Below are positions 31,901-42,261 of a DNA stretch of 64,000 nt, piece after piece. The translations under genes were made by a program, and so were the position numbers. Numbering within the stretch: the stretch's first letter is position 1; each line of letters opens with the position of its first letter. A model generated the notes under the pieces. That model made no database searches. It worked only from the letters and a program-made list of their open reading frames with translations, and had not been told where the DNA came from. Origin of the DNA: Spirochaetia bacterium. Lineage in GTDB: Bacteria > Spirochaetota > Spirochaetia > DSM-16054 > Sediminispirochaetaceae. The stretch spans positions 160,001 through 224,000 of the forward strand of contig JAXHMY010000003.1 in the NCBI GenBank assembly GCA_034520965.1, written 5' to 3'.

Positions 31901-33675
31901 ATATTCGGGGCTGCGGGTACGTACTCCCGCAGGGGGAGCATTTATAGAGAAATCACTCATCTCCCCTTGGTAACTGGGTCCGGTAAGGTACTGCAGTCGA
32001 TAAGTATAACCCTGTAGATCTTCAGCTTCAGGAGCTTCCCAACTTATGGTAGCAGTATTAGATTTTAGATATCCCCCCTCGTCTCTATCCGGCTCCTCAA
32101 ATTCAACCGCAGGAGGGGGTGTAGTATCATGAAAAAAACCGACTGTCTCCGGTTCCGACCAGTTCCCGGCATAGTCCCGGGCAATAACGTGAAAGTACCA
32201 CCATCCGTCTTTCTCTACCTCAACCTCAGCCCGCCGATTGTCCCGACGAAGAATTTCATAACCCGGTCGGGACGGGCATCAGGGTCTCTATCTATCGAAT
32301 AGTTAAACCCGGAAATCCCGGAGGAATCGTCGGGAATATTCCATCCAATTGCATAGTTCTTTTGATTAGAACGCCCTTCAGACCTGAAGTTTTGGGGTAT
32401 TACCCTCGGGGCTTCCACACTCTGATCAGGCTCCAGCATAACCACGCGAGAATTCTCGGAAAACTTATTCTCCCATACCACGTTGATTTTATCATTTCGA
32501 TAGAAAAACTCCCCGTACATGCTTGATCCCTGCATGATGCTCAGGTCATCGTTCTGCCAGTTACGACCTTGTCGGTATCCAAGAAAGATGCGATTCTCAC
32601 CCTTTCTATCGTCAAACCACAGCAGATAGGGATCCTCTTTATCCACAATTACTTGCGGACTGCGACAACTCGCATTACTGCTGTTAACCCTCTCCGCCTC
32701 CTCAATAACATCACCTTCAGTATTTAGCAATGCATAATAAATCTGGGGAGCGGTTGTATTTGCAAACTGTCGCTCCCACGCTAAATGGAGGCCGTTCTGA
32801 GCAGCCGCAAGATAAGGGCGCTGGTTATTAAAATCATTGACATCCGCGTTGTCAATGCCCAAAGCATCAGTAAAATCTGTAAGCCGGCGAGGTTCCGACC
32901 AGGTCACTCCCCCGTCCGCGCTCGAGACTAAATAGAGTTGATAATAACGGCTTTCAGACGGTGAGGCCTGAAAAACAACAAACTCCCGATTTCGATAACT
33001 TGCATGGGAAGGAAGATACACATAGGAAAGATCGGTATCGGAAACTAAAGGACGAAAGTCAGTCCAGTTGCGTCCATTGCCGCTTACCGAATAGTTGATA
33101 CCCAGTGAAGGAGTACCAATACTCCCCTCAGCACCTTCGACTCTAAGCGGCTGGGTAGCAAAGAGCAAAAAACCACCCGACTCTTTGTAAAACAACTTGG
33201 GCGCAACGCTGATCCCCTCGCCCCCTCCATCGCCTAGGGTTGTCAACTGTCGAACCTGCTCTCCGGGCCCTTCCAGTTCATACAGCTCAATTCGGCGGCC
33301 GGAAGAGGCCGTTGCAATCAACACTCGGCCATCCCGATCAATTGCCGTCGAAGCAAAGGGGACCTCATCACCTACAAAATCAAACGGCCCGAGTATCCGT
33401 CGGTGGACATCCCAATCCTCCTGATCAATACTGCGCACCATTAAGGAGACACTCATCTCGTCCGGTTCATCTCCATCGTAAATGAACTCATGCCATAGAA
33501 TTGCGGTAGTACCACCATTCTGATCAACCCTTGGGAAACGCCCACCCTCCGGTATGAGTACTTCGGGCTTCTCCCAATAGAGTTGTTGGGCATTAGCTGT
33601 TGAGGTTGTAATAACCAGGCCAAGCAGGAGTGCAAGTAGGATCTTTCTCAAGTTGTCTCGGTAACTAAATCTCAC
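28958..33675 (-). CDS. Giant (~1570 aa) membrane sensor: BNR/propeller and Fn3-like periplasmic part, HAMP, SpoIIE/PP2C phosphatase; one frameshift near 32254
   Basis: SADGGVTWS BNR motif. After the shift the frame is continuous (ILRRDNRR..ARDYAGNWS) into ORF 28958..31960. HAMP DEIATLA, VSGDYFD, CDVAGKG, FTDGLEEA, DDLT. Confidence 0.88.
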
Positions 33676-33693
33676 ACATCCTCCGGTAGTACA

Positions 33694-36600
33694 CTAAAGT
33701 TGACTCTCTATACGGCGCCGCAGTTCGGCCAGTTTCGTATTACTACGATTCTCCAACTTTTGCCATAATTGGTCCACAATCACACTGGCCTCGAAATACC
33801 GTCCATCGATAAACAAGTTTTCAGCCCTGCGCAACCTCTGCTGATCCACACTCGACAAAACCACCGATACCTGGCCACCCTGTCCTGTCTGAATACGATC
33901 CTTTAATACTATCGCCTCCCGGTAATCAGGATCAAGCTTGATAGCTTCATTCAGATAAGTTATAGCCACCGGAAACTGGGCGCGGACGTCATCTTCAACT
34001 ATCTCCTGAGCCTGGCTATAGAGGTCCCTGGCGCGTGCCAGCTTCTGCGGATCCGGCGGAGGTTGTCTGATGCCGGTGGCTATCTCCGCCTGATAAATTG
34101 CATCGTCAAGCCCAGGATAGTCCGGCTTGATCTCCCGCAGCACCTGCAGTTCCCGATACGCCTCTTCCGGAGCGCTGTCTAAATTTCCACGAGCCTCCCG
34201 GAAACGGCTGCTGAATATAGATTCGAATTCATCCGGTTGAGTATATTCCAAGATTCTCAAATAGAGTACACCGGAGGCCTTATTATTGGGAAAGGGCTCT
34301 TTTATATATTCAATATTCTTCTCTGCAGATGCAAAGGCATCCATCGCAGCGCTGCGCTGTCCTTGGTCATACAATCTTTTCCCTTGCTGAAAATCTTCCT
34401 TCGCCAGATTCAAGATCTGCATCATGTCTACGTACAGCGGGTCGCTTTCTTCTATGGTTATTCCACTGGTAGTTTCCAAGGCCCTTTCAACTCGATCCAG
34501 CCACAAGGCAACCTCCGGATCATCCTCCGGATGGGTTTGTCGCCACCTGGACTGCGCCCGGGTAAGAACCTGTTCTGCTTCAATAAAGTTTTCTTGGAAA
34601 AAGAGTTCTCGGCCGCGGTCTATTAAACTACGCACTTCCCGCACTATGGCCTGGTTCTGTTCAAAGAGAATCTGATCGGCTAATCTCGGTATCTGCTCAT
34701 CTATAATAGCCCTCACCTCCGGATCTTCACGAAAACTCAGCGATTCGGAATACGCATTTCCAGCTTGTTCCAGCTTTTCCCTGGCCAATTCAAAACGCTC
34801 GTTCTCCACCTCAGCTCGGGTCTGCTGCAGTCGAATATCTCCTTCAGAGAGTGCTATATCGGCCTGGCGGTTCAATTCTTCGGCTCTAGCTAAAACCCGG
34901 CTTCCCCGCAGGCCTATTGTATCTATTCTAGTCAGAAGCTCTTGCCCTTCCTGCTGCAAATCAATAATCGGATCCTGCTCTAAAATATATGGTTTTTCCC
35001 CGTTCAACTCTGCCAGAACGGCTTCAATCGTACTGCGGGCGGCGGCTATATCCTCTTGAGCTGAGTTGACCAATTCAATACTGCGGTTTGGAAAACGTAC
35101 CTCAACTTCCCCAGACCCTTCGTATATCACCCGCACTACCCCTTCAGTAAAATCCTCGGCTTCTGCTACCGCCTCTTCAGTTTGAACAAGCAGCTGCCGA
35201 GCAGGGCTGTAGCGAAGCTCCGCAATTCGCTTTACAAAGTTGCCCTCCACCAGCCTAGTACGTGCACTTTCAGCAACATAGTCATTCTGCAGAGCTTCGG
35301 TCACTTCGAGCGCCCGCTCAACACTTACGCCTTCCATCGCATAGCCCTCAAAATCAGTTAAATTCTCCTGAATCTCTTCGCGTGCCGATTGAAAACTATT
35401 CAATAGTTCAAGCAGCTGACCACGGGCTAAGCGTATTTCCTCCACCTGTTCTGCCAACAGACCACCCGTTTCAAGCTGATTCAGCTCAGTAGTGAGCTCT
35501 ATCAGCCGTCTATAGCTTCCTCCGGCATACTCTATAGCCCGTACATACAGCCGGTCTGATTGAGTATCCCTTGGAGCCGGCCCGATTTTACGGGGAACTT
35601 CCAACTCACGCCGCAGGGCGTGCATCTGTTCCCATAATTCAATCACTGGGCCCACCATTTCAACTAGCTGCAAAGGAGTTTCAAACAGCACATCTTCCTG
35701 GGCTCCGAGCTCTCCTGCTTTGAACTGCCCTAGCGCTGATTCAAAACTATCTGTTATTCTATTCTGCAGGGCTTGGTTCATTTCCTGCAGAGACTCCACA
35801 AGTGGCTGTTCAATAGCTCCGGCGATTCCCACCGGCTGCTCGCTTTCAGCTCGCCCGAGTGTAAGAACCCGCAGAGTAGAAAGCAGAGGAATATCGGTCG
35901 TATCTTCCCCTAAAATAGAAAGCCGGATCTGCTCAAGGGCATTTGCGTTTTGTATGATTCCCTCCCATAGTTCAAGCATCTGCTGTTGAGTACTCAATAA
36001 CTGCTCATTTCCTGAAACGGAGGCAGCCTCGGAGACTGTAAAATTACTTTGTGCTTCTACAAACAGGGTATATACATTGGCAAATTGATCCGACAGCCTG
36101 CGTATGTCGTTACGGCGCGAATCGACCTGGTTTTCGATTACACTGCCGTATTCGTCTTCATCAAATAGCTCCTGGTGCAGTGAGAAGCCGGACAGGTATT
36201 CCTCCACTGCGGCAACATAGAGCTCTTGTTCCAAGCGCTCTCCGGCGGTCTGCATAATTCCCTGAAAACGCTGATTGTTAACGGTAAATATTATTGAACG
36301 GCGTGCCTGTGCAAAGGCCTCTACCGCAGCCTTGTTGGGGTCCGCATCAAGCTCTTCAAGACGCTGAATTATATCGTAGGCTTCCTGTTCGTTAAGCGTC
36401 TCCCCTTCCTGCACATCAAGAACCTCAATCAATTCAGCGTAGGTCTCATTATAAAGCTCACGGGCCTGCCGAACCTCTTGCAAGAGTTTTTCCGCCTCGT
36501 CAAATTTGCGAGGGTTCTCTTTCATAACCTGGGTTAAGAGTAAAATTGCATCATTATAGCGGTTCTCTTCGATTAAGCTGCGTGCATCTTCAAGACGGTC

Positions 36601-36699
36601 CTCTTGCTGGCCCCGCGCACCCACCTCTAACGTTGTGCTGAAAAACAGCATTAGAAGGAGTAAAATTGGAAATGCGAGGCTCCGCCTAGTTAAAACCAC
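33694..36699 (-). CDS. Large exported helical/TPR protein
   Basis: Signal peptide, coiled-coil and TPR-like repeats, 1001 aa. Confidence 0.75.
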   Translation of the reverse strand: MVLTRRSLAFPILLLLMLFFSTTLEVGARGQQEDRLEDARSLIEENRYNDAILLLTQVMKENPRKFDEAEKLLQEVRQARELYNETYAELIEVLDVQEGETLNEQEAYDIIQRLEELDADPNKAAVEAFAQARRSIIFTVNNQRFQGIMQTAGERLEQELYVAAVEEYLSGFSLHQELFDEDEYGSVIENQVDSRRNDIRRLSDQFANVYTLFVEAQSNFTVSEAASVSGNEQLLSTQQQMLELWEGIIQNANALEQIRLSILGEDTTDIPLLSTLRVLTLGRAESEQPVGIAGAIEQPLVESLQEMNQALQNRITDSFESALGQFKAGELGAQEDVLFETPLQLVEMVGPVIELWEQMHALRRELEVPRKIGPAPRDTQSDRLYVRAIEYAGGSYRRLIELTTELNQLETGGLLAEQVEEIRLARGQLLELLNSFQSAREEIQENLTDFEGYAMEGVSVERALEVTEALQNDYVAESARTRLVEGNFVKRIAELRYSPARQLLVQTEEAVAEAEDFTEGVVRVIYEGSGEVEVRFPNRSIELVNSAQEDIAAARSTIEAVLAELNGEKPYILEQDPIIDLQQEGQELLTRIDTIGLRGSRVLARAEELNRQADIALSEGDIRLQQTRAEVENERFELAREKLEQAGNAYSESLSFREDPEVRAIIDEQIPRLADQILFEQNQAIVREVRSLIDRGRELFFQENFIEAEQVLTRAQSRWRQTHPEDDPEVALWLDRVERALETTSGITIEESDPLYVDMMQILNLAKEDFQQGKRLYDQGQRSAAMDAFASAEKNIEYIKEPFPNNKASGVLYLRILEYTQPDEFESIFSSRFREARGNLDSAPEEAYRELQVLREIKPDYPGLDDAIYQAEIATGIRQPPPDPQKLARARDLYSQAQEIVEDDVRAQFPVAITYLNEAIKLDPDYREAIVLKDRIQTGQGGQVSVVLSSVDQQRLRRAENLFIDGRYFEASVIVDQLWQKLENRSNTKLAELRRRIESQL

Positions 36700-36811
36700 G
36701 TTGTTACTTACCTACTCTATCACATTTATCGACAAAAAGAATCTTTGTGCTAAATTTGTATCTATATCTTTACGAGAGTAGAAAAAAGAGCAAAATGAGT
36801 GTATATTATTA

Positions 36812-38056
36812 ATGAAGATGAAACACTTATGGTTTTTTAGTATTATTATTATTTTCCTCCCGGTATCAATATACGCCGCTGATCTGTCCGATTTCTACTA
36901 CGGTTACAGCGGTTTTGCAGAGAATTCACTGTTCTCTGACCCTAACACCGGACGCACACTTTTTCCAACTCTTTTAGTGCCTATGGGGGGAATGTACGAA
37001 GGGATGGGTACTGCATACACCGCGGTTGCCGAGGGTTCCGGGTTTTTAGAGGCCAACCCGGCAGGTAGCTCACAGCTTGCCTACACCGAACTTTCCTTTC
37101 ACCATAATAACTGGATCGCCGACTCCAGCCTCGAGGGAGTAGTATACACCATTCGCAACGGTAATTTCGGTATGGGTTTTGGTGGAAAATTCTTATACCT
37201 TCCTTTCACTGAATTTAACAGCTGGGGTGAACGGGATTCCCGCGGGTATGTGTCCGAGACTATCGCCACGTTCAACGCTTCTTATAATTTTCTTTCAAGC
37301 TACTATTTCCACGGCATTTCCGTCGGAACAAACCTCAAGCTTGCCTACCGCCACATCCCGGCATCCATCTATCCGGGGCAGTCAATTGCAACCGGTTTAG
37401 CAGATATAGGCGCACTTACCCGTTTCAACTTTCTCAAATTCTACTCATCCCGCGACAGGAATTTTTCCTTGGGAACTGTGGTTAAAAATCTTGGCCTGCC
37501 TTACGATGATGAACCTATGCCCACTGTTGCAGTTGCCGGTTTTGCGTATTCTCCGTTTCGTCCTCTGCTGTTGTCCTTTGATTTTAATTATCCCATTGCC
37601 CTAGGCCTTCCTCCGGATCAATGGGAAAAGTGGTATATTGCAAGCGGACTGAAGCTTCAGTTTACCAACTTTTTTGCTGTCCATACCGGGTTTACCCATC
37701 GAGGGGCAAATCCGCGGTTTAGCCTAGGCAGCAATATAGATTTGGACTATATGGATCTTATACTCAACTATACCCTCGACCTGACTACCCAGGTCAGTAG
37801 TGCAGACCGGTTTAGCATTGAAGCCAAAATGAATTTGGGCGACCGCGGGCGGGCTGAGATGCGTCAACAGATTGATGAATATTATATCGAGGGGCTTGAA
37901 GCCTATGCCCAGGGCGAATTAAAACGGGCTATCGATTATTGGGAGGCAGCCCTGGACCTCGACCCCACTTTTGTGCCTGCCACTGAAAACATGGTAGTAG
38001 CACGTAATTCACTCCGCCTGCAAGAGGATATGGAATCGCTCAGTAAAGTTGAATAA
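36812..38056 (+). CDS. UPF0164-family FadL-like outer-membrane protein with C-terminal TPR
   Basis: LLVPMGG..EGMGTAYTAV..EANPAG hatch motif, barrel strands, C-terminal TPR (AIDYWEAALDLDP). Confidence 0.85.
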   Translation: MKMKHLWFFSIIIIFLPVSIYAADLSDFYYGYSGFAENSLFSDPNTGRTLFPTLLVPMGGMYEGMGTAYTAVAEGSGFLEANPAGSSQLAYTELSFHHNNWIADSSLEGVVYTIRNGNFGMGFGGKFLYLPFTEFNSWGERDSRGYVSETIATFNASYNFLSSYYFHGISVGTNLKLAYRHIPASIYPGQSIATGLADIGALTRFNFLKFYSSRDRNFSLGTVVKNLGLPYDDEPMPTVAVAGFAYSPFRPLLLSFDFNYPIALGLPPDQWEKWYIASGLKLQFTNFFAVHTGFTHRGANPRFSLGSNIDLDYMDLILNYTLDLTTQVSSADRFSIEAKMNLGDRGRAEMRQQIDEYYIEGLEAYAQGELKRAIDYWEAALDLDPTFVPATENMVVARNSLRLQEDMESLSKVE

Positions 38057-38067
38057 GAGTTTCGCAT

Positions 38068-38210
38068 CAGCAATTCTAAATTTGAAAATTTTTTTAAACT
38101 TTTCAAATTCTAGAATGCTCACATTTTGTTTAAGATAAGTAACTTAGCTTAAAGGGTTTGAGGTTATTCTAATTTTGGAAGTCAAAAGTCTTCCAAAATT
38201 AGAATTCCTG
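38068..38210 (+). mobile_element. 143-bp MITE-like element (copy A) with 9-bp TSD GTTTCGCAT
   Basis: Ends CAGCAATTC...GAATTCCTG (imperfect TIR). GTTTCGCAT at 38059-38067 and 38211-38219. Homologous to 46446-46587. Confidence 0.88.
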
Positions 38211-38270
38211 GTTTCGCATGCCGCATAGCGGCAACCGAAACGACGAAAATAGCCGGCTACGGCTATTTTC
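38211..38270. terminator. Two hairpins between convergent genes
   Basis: GTTTCG..TGCCGC/GCGGCA..CGAAAC and GAAAATAGCCG/CGGCTATTTTC stems. Confidence 0.7.
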
Positions 38271-38286
38271 TTAAGAGACTCCGGCT

Positions 38287-39071
38287 TTAATGCACATGAA
38301 CCCGTCGTTTTAAGCTCCGATACGTTGCTAACAGGGATAAGTCAATTTTTCCACGATCAACCTGGGCTTTCAAACTTCCAAAACGACGAGGGATTCCTTC
38401 ACCAATCGCATAGCGGTCCATCAACTTTTCTTGCCTGCGATACACCTTGCTTGAAAAACGTTTTTCCAGATACCCAATCAGCTTCTGAGCATCTTTTATT
38501 TCCTCATCTGAGAAAGAAGCGGTATCCGGAAGATACATAGATTCCAGCAGTTTATCTCGACTTACAGATTCATAGCGGTGCAGTATATCCTCTACCTCTT
38601 GTACAAGTGCATCTTCCTGAAACTCAATATGATCCACTTTCCACCGCAGTTTTTTCCGCAGCTCCTCGGCTTGGGGCAAAGCATGCGATTTTCGGAGACG
38701 GTAAAAGTATAGGCCCACCGACGAAGCCGCGGCTATCAATAGTTCATCGACCATAGGAAGTGGATCGCGCACAGCAAAGGTAAACAAAAAATAGATTACT
38801 AGAAAGCCGGAAGATGCCCACAGGAAATTCGGAATAAACTTTTTGTCTTGAATCCAGCTTTTACAGCTGTTTCTACCGCCTGATACAACTGGCTGCGAAA
38901 CAGGGTTATAGACTCAACATCCGGTTCCTGGCCGTACTTCCCGTATATCTGAGTATTTTCATCGACAGCCAGAAAAACATTGGGTTCATCGAAGGGATGC
39001 AGAAACAAAGCTGTCCCGTCTTTGCGAAAGAGATGAAAAATAGTGATCGACTGTTCACCTTTCATCTTCAT
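38287..39071 (-). CDS. Hypothetical membrane protein, one frameshift near 38855
   Basis: ORFs 38799..39071 and 38287..38787 join via WIQDKKFIPNFLWASSGFLVIYFLFTFAVRDPLPMVDELL. Confidence 0.65.
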
Positions 39072-39080
39072 ATCATTTAC

Positions 39081-42000
39081 CTACCTTATGAGAGCTTTAG
39101 CCTGACGGGTAAGCGGAAAGAGGCGGGCAACATTCATCTGCAGACTCCCCCACTCGTATTCAATTTTCCCTTCCAGCAGAAAAGCAACTCCAGTTTCAAG
39201 CTGCTCCACCATCCGTCTGTATACTGTCGGAAACAAAACGGTTTCAAACACCCCGTGCTGGTCCTCAAAGGACACAAAACTCATCGTCTGCTGTGTAGTG
39301 GTTCGGATTTCCTTCTCCGCCACTAAGAATCCGGCGATGCGTATAGTTATACCACAATACTCTGCTATTGTCTGCGAGTCCACCAGCGGCGGTGCATCCG
39401 GGTGCACATAATGGGCAACTCGCGGCAGAAAAACTTCCAACGGATGCCGGCTGAAGATAAGACCGGAAGATTGATATTCATCCCGCAGCTTGCGGGCGGC
39501 TGGGTAATCTTTAATACACCCCGGTACAGCCGGCGATTCAAATAAACCCTCGGTATCCTCAAAATGCGAGTAGATCCAAAACAGCTGCGGACGGGTATAG
39601 CCGTCCGCAATGGAGTCTAAAGCTCCAATCTGCACCAAAGCACGGAACGAGGCAATATCCGGATCGATTCGGCGGATAAAATCGACAACGCTTTTGAACC
39701 GCAGTCCTTGCGGCTGCGCCTGCCGTTGAGGCTGAGAAATAATGCGCTTCATGACCTCCTCAGAAAGGCCCCGCAGCTGTCGCAGTCCTATCCGAAGCCC
39801 CTTCCGCCGCCCATGGGAGGGTCTCACAAACTCAATTCTATACTCTATACTGCTTTGGTTTACATCCGGTCCAAGAATGGGATACCCCAGGCGCCGAACT
39901 GCATTCAGGTACACTTGGCGTGCATAAAAACCACCTCCATTGTTTATTACGGCGGTATAGAACTCAAGCGGAAAAAAGCGCTTCATCCAGGCCAGACGAT
40001 ACGAGAGCAGCGCATAGGAGGCGCTGTGGGCTTTACAGAAAGAGTACCCGTCAAAGGAAAGAACGGCATCCCATAACTCATGCAGGACCGCCTCCGAAAA
40101 GCCCCTACGCCTTCCTCCACTGATAAACTCTTCGTGAAAAACCTCAAGTTTTTCGGCACGGTTCTTTTTAGAAAGGACCTTACGCATACCATCCGCACGG
40201 GCGGCATCAAAGCCGGCTACTGCAATTGCAATCCGCGAGACATCCTCCTGGTACACCATAATTCCGTAGGTTTCGTCCAATGCAGCCCCGGCGGGATCCG
40301 GCAGCCGGCGGTATGCCCCGCCCCGCAAACGGAGGACAAACTCATTAATGTAGCGGTTGGCCGCCGGCCGGATGATTGAACTGGCGATAACCAGATGCTC
40401 GTAATCCCCCCTGCCCATCTTTTTCAGCAGCTGGCGGGTAGCCGGTGACTCCACATAGAAAACCCCCAGGGTATCTCCCTCGGCAATCATATTGCGGGTA
40501 GCCCGGTTATTTAAAGGGGAAAAACTCTCCCAGTCGATCGAAGTGTCATACCGGGTATTCACCAGATTGATGGAATCGCGCAGAACACCCAATGAGCGGT
40601 TACCCAACAAGTCAATCTTTACCAAACCGGCGTCCTCCGCCGCGTCCTTCTCCCATGCCATAACCGGCCAGCCCAGGGGAGATGTCTGTACATGGGTATA
40701 GTTGGTAATCGGCCCCGGGGTAATAACTACACCACCGGGATGGGTGCCGAGATTACGGGGCATCCCGAACAAGCGGGGAACCACCTGCTGCAGCTCTCCG
40801 GGCAAGTCGGCAGTACGTCCCCGCCGCCATAAGCCTGTCAGGCGGTCCAATTGCTCCTTTTCATACCCCATCACCCGGGCGGGCTCACGAATTGCCGAGC
40901 GGAAAGCAAAGGTTATATGGTCGGCTACCATGGCCGCCGAACCGGCGTAAGACGCAAACACGTATTTTAAGGTCTCCTCCCGTTCATCCCAGGGAAAGTC
41001 GACATCGATATCCGGCGGATCGCTGCGCCCCATATTAAGAAAGCGCTCGAAAAACAGGTTATAGCGAAGCGGGTCGACATGGGTAATGCCCAGCAAAAAT
41101 GCTACGATGCTGGCCGCAGAACTCCCCCGCCCACAGGTACGGGGAACCCGTTGTACAATATCGTGGACCACCAAAAAATAGGTGGAAAAGCCTTTGTACC
41201 GTATAATGCCAAGTTCGTACTCCAGGCGTTTGAGCACCTTCTGCATAAGCGGCTGCTGGCCCTCGCCGGTGCCGTACCGACGCCGTATGCCCTCCGTACA
41301 CAGTGCCCGAAGCCGCTGGAAGGCATCAGCCTCCGAAAGTTCACCGAAAGCGGGAAAAATAAAGCTTTCCGGAAGCCGGTAAGCCTCCGCCAGCCGGGAA
41401 AAGTCTTCGGCCGCCTGCAGGGCCTCGGGTACTGCGGAAAAAAACCGATGCATCTCGGTCTGTCCCGCAAAACGCTGTACTGCTGTAAGCCCGCCGTTAG
41501 GCGGAACTGATTCTACCAGCTGATTACGACCGATAGCTCGTACGATACGATAAAAATGTAGGTCCCCGTTCTCAAGGTACACTGCATCGTTATAAGCCAG
41601 CAATTTGATTCCCCGCACCAGGGCCCAGCGCCGGAGTTCTGAAAACGGCCGGCCGTACAGCAGTCCGGCATACAAACCGACACTAGTCCGCTGCTGCAAA
41701 CGCTCCAGTACCCGGATGTGCGGGCTCACCACCCAAAGCCCCTGCCACCCCTCTTCTATAAGATCAGTAATTGGGTCATACCGAACCTCCGTACCTCTGC
41801 CATTGCGGTTTTGCGCATCGATGTGGCGGCTGAGAATTACATTCGCCCTGGCGAAACCGGAGGAATTGAGACAAAGAAGGCTGCACAGATAGTTTTCTTG
41901 ATCATAGATGGCCGTACTGTAAAGCGCCTTGAGCCCCCGCCGTCGGGCTGCCGCCGCAAAGCGGATAAGGCCGTAAAAGCCGTTTATATCGGCTATACCA

Positions 42001-42119
42001 ACCGCCTGGGCCGACTGAGATACCGCGACTTCGACCACTTGCTCGGGCGAGAGAACTCCCCTCAACAGTGAATAGTGGGTTCTGCAATGAATTGATGTAT
42101 AAGGCTCTGTGCTTTCCAT
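39081..42119 (-). CDS. dnaE2: DNA polymerase III alpha subunit, DnaE2 (error-prone) type
   Basis: PHP domain, GRGSSAAS, PPDIDVDF, HPGG, KIDLLG, FCKAHSASYA, GGFY, OB fold. No C-terminal tau-binding domain. Confidence 0.85.
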   Translation of the reverse strand: MESTEPYTSIHCRTHYSLLRGVLSPEQVVEVAVSQSAQAVGIADINGFYGLIRFAAAARRRGLKALYSTAIYDQENYLCSLLCLNSSGFARANVILSRHIDAQNRNGRGTEVRYDPITDLIEEGWQGLWVVSPHIRVLERLQQRTSVGLYAGLLYGRPFSELRRWALVRGIKLLAYNDAVYLENGDLHFYRIVRAIGRNQLVESVPPNGGLTAVQRFAGQTEMHRFFSAVPEALQAAEDFSRLAEAYRLPESFIFPAFGELSEADAFQRLRALCTEGIRRRYGTGEGQQPLMQKVLKRLEYELGIIRYKGFSTYFLVVHDIVQRVPRTCGRGSSAASIVAFLLGITHVDPLRYNLFFERFLNMGRSDPPDIDVDFPWDEREETLKYVFASYAGSAAMVADHITFAFRSAIREPARVMGYEKEQLDRLTGLWRRGRTADLPGELQQVVPRLFGMPRNLGTHPGGVVITPGPITNYTHVQTSPLGWPVMAWEKDAAEDAGLVKIDLLGNRSLGVLRDSINLVNTRYDTSIDWESFSPLNNRATRNMIAEGDTLGVFYVESPATRQLLKKMGRGDYEHLVIASSIIRPAANRYINEFVLRLRGGAYRRLPDPAGAALDETYGIMVYQEDVSRIAIAVAGFDAARADGMRKVLSKKNRAEKLEVFHEEFISGGRRRGFSEAVLHELWDAVLSFDGYSFCKAHSASYALLSYRLAWMKRFFPLEFYTAVINNGGGFYARQVYLNAVRRLGYPILGPDVNQSSIEYRIEFVRPSHGRRKGLRIGLRQLRGLSEEVMKRIISQPQRQAQPQGLRFKSVVDFIRRIDPDIASFRALVQIGALDSIADGYTRPQLFWIYSHFEDTEGLFESPAVPGCIKDYPAARKLRDEYQSSGLIFSRHPLEVFLPRVAHYVHPDAPPLVDSQTIAEYCGITIRIAGFLVAEKEIRTTTQQTMSFVSFEDQHGVFETVLFPTVYRRMVEQLETGVAFLLEGKIEYEWGSLQMNVARLFPLTRQAKALIR

Positions 42120-42127
42120 AACTACTT

Positions 42128-42137
42128 AACATATGTT
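42128..42137. promoter_or_regulatory. Palindrome AACATATGTT, candidate LexA-like operator of dnaE2
   Basis: Perfect 10-bp palindrome 8 nt upstream of the ATG. Resembles the core of the GAAC-N4-GTTC box. Confidence 0.45.
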
Positions 42138-42180
42138 TAGCATTAATACCGGAAAAGCACAATTCTTTTTAAAAAGAGCC

Positions 42181-42238
42181 AAAAAAGCCGGGCTATCCGG
42201 GACCTGGAAATCCAGAACCCGGAAACCCGGCGTCTTTT
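42181..42238 (-). terminator. Intrinsic terminator after ilvD
   Basis: Long GC hairpin GCCGGG..CCGG..CCGG..CCCGGC with a T-run on the minus strand. Confidence 0.7.
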
Positions 42239-42261
42239 ATTTGACCTAGACTAACCTGCTA

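Noticed and set aside
38068..38210. Palindromic repeats as a CRISPR array or riboswitch
   Set aside because: No repeat-spacer periodicity and no cas genes. TIRs plus TSDs fit an inserted element better.
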